Shown here: positions 11,484 to 22,527 of the stretch, one piece after another | How positions within the stretch are numbered: the first letter of the stretch is position 1 | Layout of the letters: every line of letters begins with the position of its first letter | Source of the DNA: Microcoleus sp. | Lineage (GTDB): Bacteria; Cyanobacteriota; Cyanobacteriia; Cyanobacteriales; Microcoleaceae | NCBI GenBank assembly: GCA_052279835.1 | Contig: CP181291.1 | Coordinates: forward strand, 2,432,001 to 2,496,000 | Length of the DNA stretch: 64,000 bases | Reading direction: 5' to 3' | Program-made: the position numbers and the translations under genes | The notes under the pieces: model-generated | Databases searched by the model: none | What the model was told of the DNA's origin: nothing | Seen by the model: only the letters and a program-made list of their open reading frames with translations

Positions 11484-12320
11484 ATGTCCATAAGTATTGC
11501 AGATTTTGATTACATTCGTAAACTGGTGTACGATCGCACAGGTGTATTTCTCTCCGAAGACAAAACCTACCTCGTGGAATCGCGTTTAGGAATGTTAGCT
11601 AAAGAAACAGGCTCGAATTCTATCAGTGGGTTAGTCACTGAATTAAAACAAATCAAAGAAAATCGTTTTAACCCTCTTTACCAGTCCATTGTCGAAGCAA
11701 TGATGACTAACGAGACTTTTTTTTTCCGAGACATCAACCCTTTTGAAGTCTTACAGAAATCAGTAATCCCCGAATTATTAAAACAGCGACTAAACCACGA
11801 AACTTTAAATATTTGGTGCGCGGCTTGTTCCAGTGGTCAAGAACCCTACAGTATTGCGATGCTGCTGCGCGAATATTTTCCTCAGCTTGCTCACAATCAA
11901 GTCCAGATAATAGCCAGCGACATCTCTACAGCAATGTTGAAACGAGCGCGATCGGGACGCTACCAACAGCACGAAGTCGATCGAGGTTTACCAACCCCAT
12001 TTTTAGAAAAATACTTTCAGCATTGTGGCCAAGAATGGCAGATTAAAGAACAGATTCACCAGGCGATCGAATTTCGCGAACTCAATTTAACAGAACCTTT
12101 TAGAACTCTCCCTCAAATGGACATTATTTTTATGCGAAATGTCTTAATCTATTTCGATCTTAAAACCAAACAATCCATCTTAGCAAGAGTAGGACAAATA
12201 TTGCGCCCTAACGGTTACTTATTTCTAGGCGGAGGGGAAACAACAGTAAATCTTGACAACGCTTTTGAGCCAGTGCAATTTGAAAACGGTGTGTGTTACC
12301 GATTGAAGCGATCGAGTTGA
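11484..12320 (+). CDS. cheR: Chemotaxis methyltransferase CheR
   Basis: TNETFFFRD, IWCAACSSGQEPYS, ASDIS, DIIFMRNVLIYFD. Confidence 0.94.
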   Translation: MSISIADFDYIRKLVYDRTGVFLSEDKTYLVESRLGMLAKETGSNSISGLVTELKQIKENRFNPLYQSIVEAMMTNETFFFRDINPFEVLQKSVIPELLKQRLNHETLNIWCAACSSGQEPYSIAMLLREYFPQLAHNQVQIIASDISTAMLKRARSGRYQQHEVDRGLPTPFLEKYFQHCGQEWQIKEQIHQAIEFRELNLTEPFRTLPQMDIIFMRNVLIYFDLKTKQSILARVGQILRPNGYLFLGGGETTVNLDNAFEPVQFENGVCYRLKRSS

Positions 12321-12407
12321 CAATCAAGCAATTCGGTGAAATGCCAACTCCCAAGGGCTGTAGCAGCGAACATTACAAGCCGTAGGCTAAATTTTTAAAT
12401 CTTCAAT

Positions 12408-13421
12408 CTAAAATTTAACATTGGATGGCCAAATAGGCAACTGATTAACCTTTTCCAGTGTTATATCTACATATGTTTCCTCACCAGCCACCCGATTTTC
12501 TCCAAAATATCCATCATCACCATCATGCTTATGAGGCCCGCTCAAAGCTTCTGCATAGCGATTTTCTAAACGAGCTTGATTGAATGGTGAACCCACAAAG
12601 CAGTACCAGCGACTGGGAAAAACTATACCACCAATATCCTCAATTGAGTCGCGAGAACCGCGAAAATGAAAAATGCGATCGGCATCTGCAAAACCATTTT
12701 CTCCCGAAAACACACCGCCAACCGAAACCACAGTAATTTCTCCCTTCAGCCATTGTTTAAGATAGTGAGTAGCACCCAGAGCAACTTGTGCCCCACCGCT
12801 AGTTCCAATTAAAATAACTTTCAAAGGTTTTTCAGGAGCCTGTGAAATCAGATATTTAGCATTCATCCGCTCAATAATTACATTGGCAATTCCCTGATTA
12901 TAAGCCTGACCGTAGCGATAATCTAAAGAAATTGCAAACCGCCAGAGATTGCGAATTTTGATGAATATATCGCCCGCAATCGGCCCACTTTTTGCGTGTT
13001 CTGCAAACCGCCAAAAAGGTGCTAACAGCCTTTCTCCTCCTAAACTTTTGTTAGAAGCTGAATAAGGAAAAATATCACCCACGGCTACACACTGCGGATG
13101 ACTTTTTACTAAACTCTTGAGAAAAAATGCTTCCCCACGGGTTAATTCGTCCCCCGAAAAATCGCCTACTCCTGGCAAAAAAACAATATAACAATTGAGA
13201 GGAGAAGACTTACTTTGTTCGATATTAATGTTTTTAGAAGGTAAGAGAGCCGGCGGAGTTTTTTTTAAACCCAAACTCTCGGCATTTTGACCAAGCCACC
13301 AGATAATAGTACCTACTGGCGAAACAATACCCCAGACGATCAGTATTGTACCGGCGACGAGCAACAAATTTAAACTTCCCCCACGCAGCCAGACAAGTAT
13401 CCGTAAAATCAACTTCAACAT
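12408..13421 (-). CDS. Membrane-anchored alpha/beta-hydrolase-like conserved protein
   Basis: N-terminal hydrophobic helices; IVFLPG; nucleophile-elbow-like GTSGG; later D and H candidates. Confidence 0.6.
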   Translation of the reverse strand: MLKLILRILVWLRGGSLNLLLVAGTILIVWGIVSPVGTIIWWLGQNAESLGLKKTPPALLPSKNINIEQSKSSPLNCYIVFLPGVGDFSGDELTRGEAFFLKSLVKSHPQCVAVGDIFPYSASNKSLGGERLLAPFWRFAEHAKSGPIAGDIFIKIRNLWRFAISLDYRYGQAYNQGIANVIIERMNAKYLISQAPEKPLKVILIGTSGGAQVALGATHYLKQWLKGEITVVSVGGVFSGENGFADADRIFHFRGSRDSIEDIGGIVFPSRWYCFVGSPFNQARLENRYAEALSGPHKHDGDDGYFGENRVAGEETYVDITLEKVNQLPIWPSNVKF

Positions 13422-13543
13422 TTAATAAAATTTGGTAAAATACCAATAAGTTTTCTAATTGAGGAACAATACTTGGTGTATTTTTATGTATTAGAGCCGA
13501 TTCTGTAGAAAATGTCAACTATCTTCAGGAGCAGTAATCAAAA

Positions 13544-14110
13544 GTGAGGGGAAAAGATTCAATTGCGGGTTTAGGGGTAACGCTATGGAACGCCCTTTCT
13601 TTAAACGGCAATTTTTACGAAAATACTTCATACACTGCCAAAACTAAGCGGATAGCATTAACAATTGTAATTTTAGCAGCGTTGTCTAAGGTTCTGGGTA
13701 ATGCAGTCATTTTGTTAATCAATCGAACTGAGGCCCCGGTGCTATTTTTAGCTCTTTTGATAGATGGTTTGGCAGTGGTGGGAGGTTATTATTTTTGGAC
13801 TTTTACTATCTCTAAAATCGGGGATTGGCTAAAACCAGGTCACGTAAATTATGGGGAATTACTAATTCCCATCGGATTTGCCTACGCACCCCAAGTGCTG
13901 AATTTTTTAACCCTAATTCCCTTGTTGGGAGAAGGAATAGAGCGGATATTAGCTGTTTGGAGTTTGCTAGCGGTAATTGTGGGAGTTCGCCAAGGGTTGG
14001 ATATTAAAACTCGCTGGGCGGTGTTAATTTGTTTGGTGGGTTGGCCCTTAATTCAAATTGCGATCGGATTTATGAAAATAATTGAACAATTGCTTTCAGG
14101 CTGGTTCTAA
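13544..14110 (+). CDS. Yip1-like integral membrane protein
   Basis: About five hydrophobic segments; IGFAYAPQVL motif. Confidence 0.65.
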   Translation: MRGKDSIAGLGVTLWNALSLNGNFYENTSYTAKTKRIALTIVILAALSKVLGNAVILLINRTEAPVLFLALLIDGLAVVGGYYFWTFTISKIGDWLKPGHVNYGELLIPIGFAYAPQVLNFLTLIPLLGEGIERILAVWSLLAVIVGVRQGLDIKTRWAVLICLVGWPLIQIAIGFMKIIEQLLSGWF

Positions 14111-14114
14111 TTCA

Positions 14115-17100
14115 TCAATAGGGAAGCACCATTTTAAACTCTGCTCCCTCTCCCGGTGCAGAGTCACAAATCAACTTTCCTCCGTGCTGATCTAGCACAA
14201 TTTTATAACTGATTGACAGTCCCAAACCAGTGCCTTTACCCACTGGTTTTGTAGTAAAAAACGGATCGAAAATTCTGGCTTTAACCTCCGAATTCATCCC
14301 CATACCATTATCAGCAATCCGAATCGCCACTTTATTTTTTTCTAATACTTCAGTCACAATCCAAATTGTCGGAGGCTGTGTCTGGTCAACTTTGCTGCCA
14401 ATTCCTCGAGACAAAGCATCAATAGCATTCATCAGTAAATTCATAAATACCTGATTAATTTCTCCGGCATAGCAGTTCACCAAAGGCAAGTGTGCGTACT
14501 GCTTAATCACTGTTATTCCACTTAATCTTTTCTGCAAAATCATCAAGGTACTGTCGATGCCTTCATGGAGATTCACCCATTTTATTTCTGATTCATCAAG
14601 TCTGGCAAAATTTCGCAACGACAGCACAATATCGCGAACTCTCCCAGCACCTACTTTCATCGAATCAATCATTTTATAAAAATCTTGGATTAAAAAATCT
14701 AACTCGATTTCCTCACTTTTATCGACTATAGACTGCACCGGCTGTGGGTAATATTTTTGGTATAAAAGCAATAAATCAACTAGATTTTGAAGATATCGAT
14801 CGCTATAATGCAAATTTCCATGAATAAAATTAATCGGATTATTAATTTCGTGAGCAATTCCCCCAACTAATTGCCCTAAACTCGACATTTTTTCACTTTG
14901 AATTAACTGTAATTGAGTGCGACTTAGTTCTTCTAAGGTGGCTTGTAATTCCTGAGTCCTTTCGACCACTCGCTTTTCCAGAACTGTATAGAAACTGGAA
15001 TTTTCTAAAGATATCGCTGCTTGTGCTGACAGCATTTTCAAAACTTCTAACCTTTCCTTGGTAAAAGCACCTTTGATGAGATTATTTTCTAAGTAAAAAA
15101 TTCCTTTCAGATTGCCTTGATGAATCACGGGAAATACCAGAATAGATAGGGGTTGATGGAGGGTAAGATAAGGATCAAAATTGAATTTATCGGCGACTGT
15201 AGCATCTTCTAAAACTAAGGGTTCTCTAGTTCTTTCTACATAGTTAATCAAGGAAATTGGCAACATTCCACCTTCGGTTATTGGCAGAGATTCCAGCACG
15301 GTAACATCATTGTTGTCACCGAATAATGCCACTTCTATTGCTAATTTATGACCCGTATTGGCAATAAAAATTATTTTCTGCGCTCCGGCATTTTCCCTGA
15401 TGATATATAGGAGTTTCTCTAACAAACTACTGATAAAAACTTCACCAGAAAGAGCTTGAGATGCTTTGACAACTGTTGATATATCAAGGGATAAGTTCTG
15501 ATTAATCGTGGTTGTTACAGTGGTGGCACTGACATTGGGAGAGAGGATTTGTCGCGAGCGATCGACTAAATAATCATAGCGAGATTCTAAGTCTTTAACT
15601 TTGGCTATAGCTCCCCAGTGTATGTAAGCATAATAAGCTTTATCCAGATAAGCTCTCGCAATTATTTCCTTACCGGAAGATTGATAAAACTCTCCAGCTA
15701 ATTCGTAAGCTAATGCTTCTTCTTGGAGATAACCGTTAGCAGCAGCTCCTTTAATAGCTAGGTCATAATAGTCCATTGCTTCTAGCTGATTGCCTAGTAT
15801 TCGAGCTTTTTCCGCAGCCACCAAGTCAAATTTATGTTGATAGTTCATGGGTGCATGGTAGGCCCACAACTTCATTTTTATCTGATTGGATTCAACAATA
15901 GCTAAAGATTCTGTTGGATTAGCTGTCTGGGGGTAGTCAGCTAAGAGAGAAAGCGAATAATAAAAATTATGTACCCCGATAGTAATCAGCCCGATCGCCC
16001 CATCTGCATATTCTACTGCTAGTTTAGCCCTAGCCACAGCCAGAGCATAATCTTTAAATAAGAACAGCATCATCACTTGAGCTACATAAGCAGCAAATAG
16101 CGACATTCGATTATTCTGTTTCCGCCACAGAGACAGCATCGCCGTGTCATCCAATCCACGGCTAACTAAGGCTACTTGCTCTGCTGTTTCACTTCTTAAA
16201 CTCAAAGCAACTACTTGCCAAATTTTAGCATAACCAATGGCAAATTCATGCTTATTTTTTGCCAAAAATTGCATATATATAGCTTGTTGCTGTTCGACAT
16301 ATTCTAAAGGTTCTCCCACTAGAAACAAATTGATAATGTAGTGCTTAGAGCTATAAATAGCCCATTCCATATCACCTACTTCTACACCGCTTTTCCTTGC
16401 TTCTAAAAATCCAGATAATGTATTTTTAGCAGGCTCTTGCCAAAATTTTATGTGGCCATTAAACATGACGTAAACTTTGGCTTTATGTTGAAGAGCATGG
16501 AATTTTTCCAACAGTTTTAAGGCAATGATTCCAGCATGATATCCAGAGACTATATCACCCTTAACTCCACATAACATCATGCCATAAAGAGTATAGGGAA
16601 AAGCGGCTAACCCTGAATGGCCCTTTGTCAGACAAAGATTTACCATTGTCAAGACGAGTGGCGACACAATTTCGGGTTTGGCAATATAAGCAGGAGGATA
16701 GATAGCTATTAGTATTTGCAACGCTGCTAGTTGATAGGGATCTGTCATTTCTGGCAGGTTTTCTACATCATCAATGCTCGGCAAGTTAGGAATTTCTAGG
16801 TTTTCGTCTAATAATTTAAATCCGAGAATATTCAAGACTTCAATGCCAGTTTCCACAGCTTTCAGCATCTGGCTTTGAGCTTGAAATATCTGTATTTGAA
16901 TCTGATACACTTTCATGCGATCGAGCAGATCTTTCGCACAACTTAAAACTACTTCTACCAAAGCTGTGGCTTGCTCAAAATTAGTATTGAAACATTCTGC
17001 TTCTGCCAATTCTACATATAACTGAAGTGTCACATCATAGTTAGTAACCCAACTATCAGATGCTAATAGTGACATTGCTGCCTTAAAATATTTGACAGTA

Positions 17101-19451
17101 GCTTCGTAAGCATTAGCAGCTTTTGCCTTACGCCCAGCAATCAGATTTAATTCTGCGAGCTCTGTTTTTTCCACAGCAACTTCGATGTTGTCAATTCCCA
17201 CATTCAACTGATTAACAATCTCAAAAATATTTTCCTCTAATTTATCGTGGGGCGTGCTTTCCAAGAGCATTTTACCTATGCTCATATGGGTGGCTTTTTT
17301 GTCACTATCGGGAATCAGAGAATAAGCTGCTTGCTGGACTCGATCGTGTAAAAATTTATAACCTACTAGGGCAGGGTTGAAGCTTAAATCAATTGCTTCT
17401 TTCCCATCGAAAAGTAAAGGAATCAGGTAATTTTCATTCAAAGGAAGTATCAACCCCGCTTGCAAAGCCTCCCATAATTCCAACCCAGTGACTGAGATAG
17501 ACTTTTTGTTAATTGTAGACAGAACATCTAGAGTGAAATTGTCCCCAATACAAGCAGCTAATTGCAAAATATTTTGTGTAATTTTTGGTAGTTGTTGCAG
17601 GCGATTTGCTAACAGTTCTACTACATTTTTATCGGTAATTCCAATAGCTTGAATAGCTTCTATGTTCCACTGCCATGCAGCTTGGGGAAAATCAAACCTT
17701 AAGAGATTTTCTTGATAAATAGCTTTGATTAACTGAGTTAAAAAAAATGGATTTCCCCCAGTTTTATTCCACAGCAATCTAGCTAAATCTTGACAAACTT
17801 CTGATTTGTTTAATGTGTCAGATATGAATCTGTTAACCTGGTCTAAATCAAGGGGCTTTAATACTAAATTGTTGACATTTATTCCCTGTTCCTGAATATG
17901 TTTTACTGTTTGCATCAAAGGATGTGTAGAGTTAACTTCATTATCCCGATAGGCTCCAATTAATAACAAATATTTCGTCTCAGGATTGGTGGCCAGTAAT
18001 TCAATTAATTTCAAGGTTGCTGAATCAGCCCACTGCAAGTCATCGAGAAATATGACTAATGGATGTTCTTTCCGTGCAAATACATGAATTAAATCTTTGA
18101 ATAACCTGTGAAAGCGATTTTGTGCTTCTTTTGGGGCAAGTTCAGGGACTGGTGGCTGTTTACCAATCAGCAATTCTAGTTCAGGAATTACGTCAATAAT
18201 TACTTGTGCTGAATCACCGAGTGCAGCTAAAAGTTTATGTTTCCAGGTTTGTAAATTTTTGCTACTTTCTGTAAGTAACTGCTGGCTCAAAGATTGAAAA
18301 GCTTGAATTAACGATGCGTAAGGTGTATTCCGCTGGAATTGGTCAAATTTACCGGAAATAAAATAGCCGCGCTGTCGGGTAATAGGTTTATGAATTTCTT
18401 TAACTGTTGCTGATTTGCCGATACCTGAATAACCAGATACTAGCATCATTTCGATTTGGGAATGGGAAGAATTTTCAGCTACCGGATTAGCTATCCGTTC
18501 AAAGGCGGCTAATAATTCGCTTACTTGTTTTTCCCGTCCGTACAATTTTTGGGGAATCAATAACTGACTTAATATATCTAATTTTCCGGGGCAGAAATCA
18601 GTAATTTTTCCCTTGTTTATTAATTGATGTAAACAATTTTCCAAATCTGCTAATAATCCGGCGGCGCTTTGATACCTGTCTTCGGCATTCTTTGCGATCA
18701 ATTTCATGACTATGTGGGAAATAGTCTGCGGAATGTCGGGATTTATTTGGTCTGGTAAAATGGCTTGAGAGGCTATGTGACTGTAAACTATTTCTAAGGG
18801 GTCGTTACTGGGAAAGGGTAATTCACCTGTTAGCATTTCATACAGGGTAACTCCTAGGGAATAGAAGTCGGTGCGGTAGTCGAGAAATCGGTTCATTCTC
18901 CCAGTTTGTTCGGGAGACATATAAGCAAAAGTACCGAAGGTTGAGTTAAAATTATTGATTTGGGGATTTTCTTTGGGCAATTGCGAAGCAATACCGAAAT
19001 CGGTTAATTTAATCACTCCTGTTTGAGAGTTGATAATAATGTTGCTGGGTTTTATATCTTTATGAATAATGTTGTGAAGATGCAGGTATTTTAAACTGTT
19101 GGCGATCGCGATCGCAATCTTCAGACAAGTAATGAGTTCGAGTTTTTGTCTCGACATTAGTCGATCGACTGATTCGCCACCAAAATCTTCTAAAAGCAAG
19201 CCCAAGCGATTGTTGTAACTTTTCAGGCTCAGGACTTTCACTAGACCAGGATAGTCTAAGTTTTCCCGAATCCGGTACTCATGCTTGAGGCGAGTAATGG
19301 CATCGAGGGTAGGATATTCTGCTTTTAGGATCTTGAGTATGGTTGTTTGCTGCTGGTGAGGAATATTCCCTCGGTAAATAATGGTTTCTATACCTTCGTA
19401 CAAAGTAGAATGGATTTGGTATTGTGAGCGAAAGGGCATGGGCTTTTCCAA
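14115..19451 (-). CDS. HstK-type protein: Ser/Thr kinase - AAA ATPase - GAF - histidine kinase
   Basis: HKDIKPSN, DFG, YMSPEQTGRMNR; Walker A GYSGIGKS; FLDDLQWAD; GAF (YLENNL); IAHEINNP; PFFTTKPVGKGTGLGL. Start is TTG 19451 or ATG 19439. Confidence 0.92.
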   Translation of the reverse strand: MEKPMPFRSQYQIHSTLYEGIETIIYRGNIPHQQQTTILKILKAEYPTLDAITRLKHEYRIRENLDYPGLVKVLSLKSYNNRLGLLLEDFGGESVDRLMSRQKLELITCLKIAIAIANSLKYLHLHNIIHKDIKPSNIIINSQTGVIKLTDFGIASQLPKENPQINNFNSTFGTFAYMSPEQTGRMNRFLDYRTDFYSLGVTLYEMLTGELPFPSNDPLEIVYSHIASQAILPDQINPDIPQTISHIVMKLIAKNAEDRYQSAAGLLADLENCLHQLINKGKITDFCPGKLDILSQLLIPQKLYGREKQVSELLAAFERIANPVAENSSHSQIEMMLVSGYSGIGKSATVKEIHKPITRQRGYFISGKFDQFQRNTPYASLIQAFQSLSQQLLTESSKNLQTWKHKLLAALGDSAQVIIDVIPELELLIGKQPPVPELAPKEAQNRFHRLFKDLIHVFARKEHPLVIFLDDLQWADSATLKLIELLATNPETKYLLLIGAYRDNEVNSTHPLMQTVKHIQEQGINVNNLVLKPLDLDQVNRFISDTLNKSEVCQDLARLLWNKTGGNPFFLTQLIKAIYQENLLRFDFPQAAWQWNIEAIQAIGITDKNVVELLANRLQQLPKITQNILQLAACIGDNFTLDVLSTINKKSISVTGLELWEALQAGLILPLNENYLIPLLFDGKEAIDLSFNPALVGYKFLHDRVQQAAYSLIPDSDKKATHMSIGKMLLESTPHDKLEENIFEIVNQLNVGIDNIEVAVEKTELAELNLIAGRKAKAANAYEATVKYFKAAMSLLASDSWVTNYDVTLQLYVELAEAECFNTNFEQATALVEVVLSCAKDLLDRMKVYQIQIQIFQAQSQMLKAVETGIEVLNILGFKLLDENLEIPNLPSIDDVENLPEMTDPYQLAALQILIAIYPPAYIAKPEIVSPLVLTMVNLCLTKGHSGLAAFPYTLYGMMLCGVKGDIVSGYHAGIIALKLLEKFHALQHKAKVYVMFNGHIKFWQEPAKNTLSGFLEARKSGVEVGDMEWAIYSSKHYIINLFLVGEPLEYVEQQQAIYMQFLAKNKHEFAIGYAKIWQVVALSLRSETAEQVALVSRGLDDTAMLSLWRKQNNRMSLFAAYVAQVMMLFLFKDYALAVARAKLAVEYADGAIGLITIGVHNFYYSLSLLADYPQTANPTESLAIVESNQIKMKLWAYHAPMNYQHKFDLVAAEKARILGNQLEAMDYYDLAIKGAAANGYLQEEALAYELAGEFYQSSGKEIIARAYLDKAYYAYIHWGAIAKVKDLESRYDYLVDRSRQILSPNVSATTVTTTINQNLSLDISTVVKASQALSGEVFISSLLEKLLYIIRENAGAQKIIFIANTGHKLAIEVALFGDNNDVTVLESLPITEGGMLPISLINYVERTREPLVLEDATVADKFNFDPYLTLHQPLSILVFPVIHQGNLKGIFYLENNLIKGAFTKERLEVLKMLSAQAAISLENSSFYTVLEKRVVERTQELQATLEELSRTQLQLIQSEKMSSLGQLVGGIAHEINNPINFIHGNLHYSDRYLQNLVDLLLLYQKYYPQPVQSIVDKSEEIELDFLIQDFYKMIDSMKVGAGRVRDIVLSLRNFARLDESEIKWVNLHEGIDSTLMILQKRLSGITVIKQYAHLPLVNCYAGEINQVFMNLLMNAIDALSRGIGSKVDQTQPPTIWIVTEVLEKNKVAIRIADNGMGMNSEVKARIFDPFFTTKPVGKGTGLGLSISYKIVLDQHGGKLICDSAPGEGAEFKMVLPY

Positions 19452-19800
19452 ATAACTCAGTGGATTAGAGATTTATACTTGACATGGCCATCATGGCATG
19501 GCTAAGTGAAAACCCGGAAAATTTGATAGGTCGAACGGGTGACACGGAAAGGATTCCGATATAGAATATTGGTAAGTATGTAATTTTTCTGAGATTCCTT
19601 TTAATTAATATCCCAACTAAGTAGCGGACGGCAACCACCCCCCTACTATTCGGCTCTCCTCACTGTCGGCACATCCTCAGCAGCGATACATTATATTGAA
19701 GTAAATACACAAAAATTTACATATATAATTTGTGTATTACTCAAAATCGCTCCTCACCAGCAGCGATACAGCCCTAGCCAAGTTAGTAGGATGGGAAAAT

Positions 19801-22266
19801 ATGTTTGAACGCTTTACAGAACAAGCCATTAAAGCAATAATGCTAGCCCAAGAGGAAGCGCGCCGCCTGGGTCACAATTTTGTGGGTACTGAGCAAATCC
19901 TCCTGGGACTCGTGGGCGAAGGCACTGGCATCGCTGCAAAAGTATTACTAGACATGGGCCTCAACTTGAAAGAGGCGCGCAATGAAATCGAAAATATCAT
20001 CGGCAGAGGTTCCGGCTTCCTACCGCCAGAAATTCCGTTTACGCCTCGCGTGAAGCGGATTTTTGAGACAGCGCTGAATGAAGCGCGGCAGCTAGGACAC
20101 AATTACATCGGCACCGAACATATTTTACTGGGACTGATCCAAGACGATGAAGGTGTCGCTGCCAAAGTGCTGCAAAACTTGGGGATCGATCGCGCCAGAG
20201 TCCGCACCCAGGTAATTCGTGCCGTAGGAGAAGTGGCTGCGGTATCGGGAGGCCGTCAAAATACCGATCGTAAAATCCCGACTCTAGAAGAATTCGGCAC
20301 AAACCTCACCAAGTTAGCAGCCGAAGGTAAACTAGATCCTGTCGTGGGTCGCGAAAACGAAATCGAGCGCGTCATTCAAGTGCTAGGCCGCCGCACGAAG
20401 AATAACCCCGTGCTAGTCGGCGAACCGGGAGTAGGCAAAACAGCCCTCGCCGAAGGACTGGCCCAGCGGATTGTTAACAGAAATGTGCCGGAAATTTTGG
20501 AAGACAAACAAGTAATCAGCCTCGATATGGGTTCGCTGATTGCAGGGACAAAATTCCGTGGCGAATTTGAAGAACGCCTGACCAAAATCATGGCGGAAAT
20601 TCGCGCAGCAGGCAACATCATTTTGGTAATAGATGAAATTCATACCTTAGTGGGTGCAGGGGCAATTCAAGGCAGTATGGATGCCTCCAATATGCTCAAA
20701 CCAGCCCTAGCCAGAGGCGAATTGCAGTGTGTCGGTGCTACTACCCTAGACGAATATCGCAAATACATTGAGCGCGATGCAGCCTTAGAACGGCGGTTCC
20801 AACCGATTAAAGTTGGCGAACCGAGTGTGGCGGAAACGATCCAAATATTGTATGGTTTGCGATCGGCTTACGAACAGCATCACAAACTGACAATTTCTGA
20901 TGCAGCTTTAGAAGCAGCAGCTACATTGTCAGACAGGTACATTAACGATCGATTTTTGCCCGACAAGGCGATCGACTTAATTGACGAAGCAGGTTCCCGC
21001 GTCCATGTGCTTAATTCCCAAACTCCGCCAGAAGTCAAAGAACTCAAAAAGCAACTGCCGGCTGTCAGCAAAGAGAAGGATATCGCTGTTCGGGAACAAG
21101 ACTTCGAGAAAGCCAGCAAATTGCGCGATCGTGAATTAGAAATTGAAGCCGAAATCGCCGAAGCCACGATCAACAAAAGCCAGGTGAGAATTTCTCCCGT
21201 CGTTACCGAAGAAGACATCGCCCACATCGTCGCCAATTGGACAGGAGTACCAGTCAGCAAACTGACAGAATCGGAATCAGAATTGCTGCTGCACATGGAA
21301 GACACTTTGCACCAGCGTTTAATCGGTCAAGAAGAAGCTGTAACCGCAGTTTCTAAGGCAATCCGTCGCGCACGGGTAGGGTTGAAAAATCCCAATCGCC
21401 CGATCGCCAGTTTCATCTTTTCCGGCCCCACAGGCGTCGGCAAAACCGAACTGACAAAAGCTTTAGCAGCTTATTTCTTCGGTTCCGAAGAAGCCATGAT
21501 TCGGTTAGATATGTCCGAGTATATGGAACGCCACACGGTTTCCAAACTTATCGGTTCGCCTCCGGGTTATGTCGGCTACGATGAAGGCGGCCAACTCACA
21601 GAAGCAGTCCGTCGCCGTCCTTACACGGTAGTCTTGTTCGATGAAATCGAAAAAGCCCACCCCGATGTCTTCAACATGATGCTGCAAATCTTAGAAGACG
21701 GCCGCCTGACTGATGCCAAAGGTCGGACAGTAGACTTCAAGAATACCCTGCTGATTATGACCTCAAACATCGGTTCTAAAGTGATTGAAAAAGGTGGCGG
21801 TGGCCTCGGTTTTGACTTTGCTGAAGATGCAGCCGATGGTCAATATAACCGAGTTCGGAATTTGGTAAATGAGGAACTCAAACAGTTTTTCCGTCCAGAA
21901 TTTCTCAACCGCTTGGATGAAATTATCGTCTTCCGCCAGTTGAACACACAAGAAATTAAGCAGATTGCTGACATCATGTTGCAGCAACTTTTCAGCCGCT
22001 TAACAGAACAGGAAATTACTTTGTCTGTAACAGAAGCGTTCAAGGAAGTGTTAGTTAAAGAAGGCTACAATCCCAGTTACGGTGCCCGGCCCTTACGGCG
22101 CGCAATTATGCGATTGCTGGAAGATGTACTGGCTGAGGAAATGTTGTCTGGTAGGCTAAAAGAAGGCCAAAGTGCGATCGTCGATGTCGATGAAAACGGT
22201 GTAGTGAAGGTGTTACCCGGTGACTCATCCGAACCGAAATTACCTGAACTCGCTTTCAGCGTTTAA
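19801..22266 (+). CDS. clpC: ATP-dependent Clp protease ATP-binding subunit ClpC (probably a second paralogue)
   Basis: MFERFTE start at 19801; two Clp-N repeats; Walker A GEPGVGKT and [11 protein letters not shown] middle domain; GLGF ClpP-binding loop. Confidence 0.95.
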   Translation: MFERFTEQAIKAIMLAQEEARRLGHNFVGTEQILLGLVGEGTGIAAKVLLDMGLNLKEARNEIENIIGRGSGFLPPEIPFTPRVKRIFETALNEARQLGHNYIGTEHILLGLIQDDEGVAAKVLQNLGIDRARVRTQVIRAVGEVAAVSGGRQNTDRKIPTLEEFGTNLTKLAAEGKLDPVVGRENEIERVIQVLGRRTKNNPVLVGEPGVGKTALAEGLAQRIVNRNVPEILEDKQVISLDMGSLIAGTKFRGEFEERLTKIMAEIRAAGNIILVIDEIHTLVGAGAIQGSMDASNMLKPALARGELQCVGATTLDEYRKYIERDAALERRFQPIKVGEPSVAETIQILYGLRSAYEQHHKLTISDAALEAAATLSDRYINDRFLPDKAIDLIDEAGSRVHVLNSQTPPEVKELKKQLPAVSKEKDIAVREQDFEKASKLRDRELEIEAEIAEATINKSQVRISPVVTEEDIAHIVANWTGVPVSKLTESESELLLHMEDTLHQRLIGQEEAVTAVSKAIRRARVGLKNPNRPIASFIFSGPTGVGKTELTKALAAYFFGSEEAMIRLDMSEYMERHTVSKLIGSPPGYVGYDEGGQLTEAVRRRPYTVVLFDEIEKAHPDVFNMMLQILEDGRLTDAKGRTVDFKNTLLIMTSNIGSKVIEKGGGGLGFDFAEDAADGQYNRVRNLVNEELKQFFRPEFLNRLDEIIVFRQLNTQEIKQIADIMLQQLFSRLTEQEITLSVTEAFKEVLVKEGYNPSYGARPLRRAIMRLLEDVLAEEMLSGRLKEGQSAIVDVDENGVVKVLPGDSSEPKLPELAFSV

Positions 22267-22282
22267 TCGACATTCCTGTCAT

Positions 22283-22310
22283 ATAGGACACAGCACTGCT
22301 GTGTCCCTAC
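22283..22310. repeat. REP-like palindrome (GTAG-type)
   Basis: GGACACAGCA-c-TGCTGTGTCC followed by CTAC; partial copy GTAGGGACAC at 22327-22336; similar element at about 30111-30138. Confidence 0.6.
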
Positions 22311-22356
22311 CCAATATCTCTATTGGGTAGGGACACATCATTATTTTTGATAATTC

Positions 22357-22523
22357 ATCTCAATTTCGGTTGCATCGGAATTATTAATTTCTCTCTGTGT
22401 TCTCTGTGTTCTCTGTGGTTAAATCATTCCGATACAACCGCAATTTATATGATTTAACCGCAGAGTACGCAGAGGAAGCAGAGTAGGGGGAGAGATTTGA
22501 TTCCGATGCAAACGGATTGGATT
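22357..22523. repeat. Two adjacent, oppositely oriented copies of a ~100-bp dispersed MITE-like repeat
   Basis: CTCTGTGTTCTCTGTGGTTAA core with imperfect inverted ends (GTTGCATCGGAAT...ATTCCGATACAAC); second copy AACCGCAGAG...ATTCCGATGCAA. Confidence 0.7.
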
Positions 22524-22527
22524 TGAC

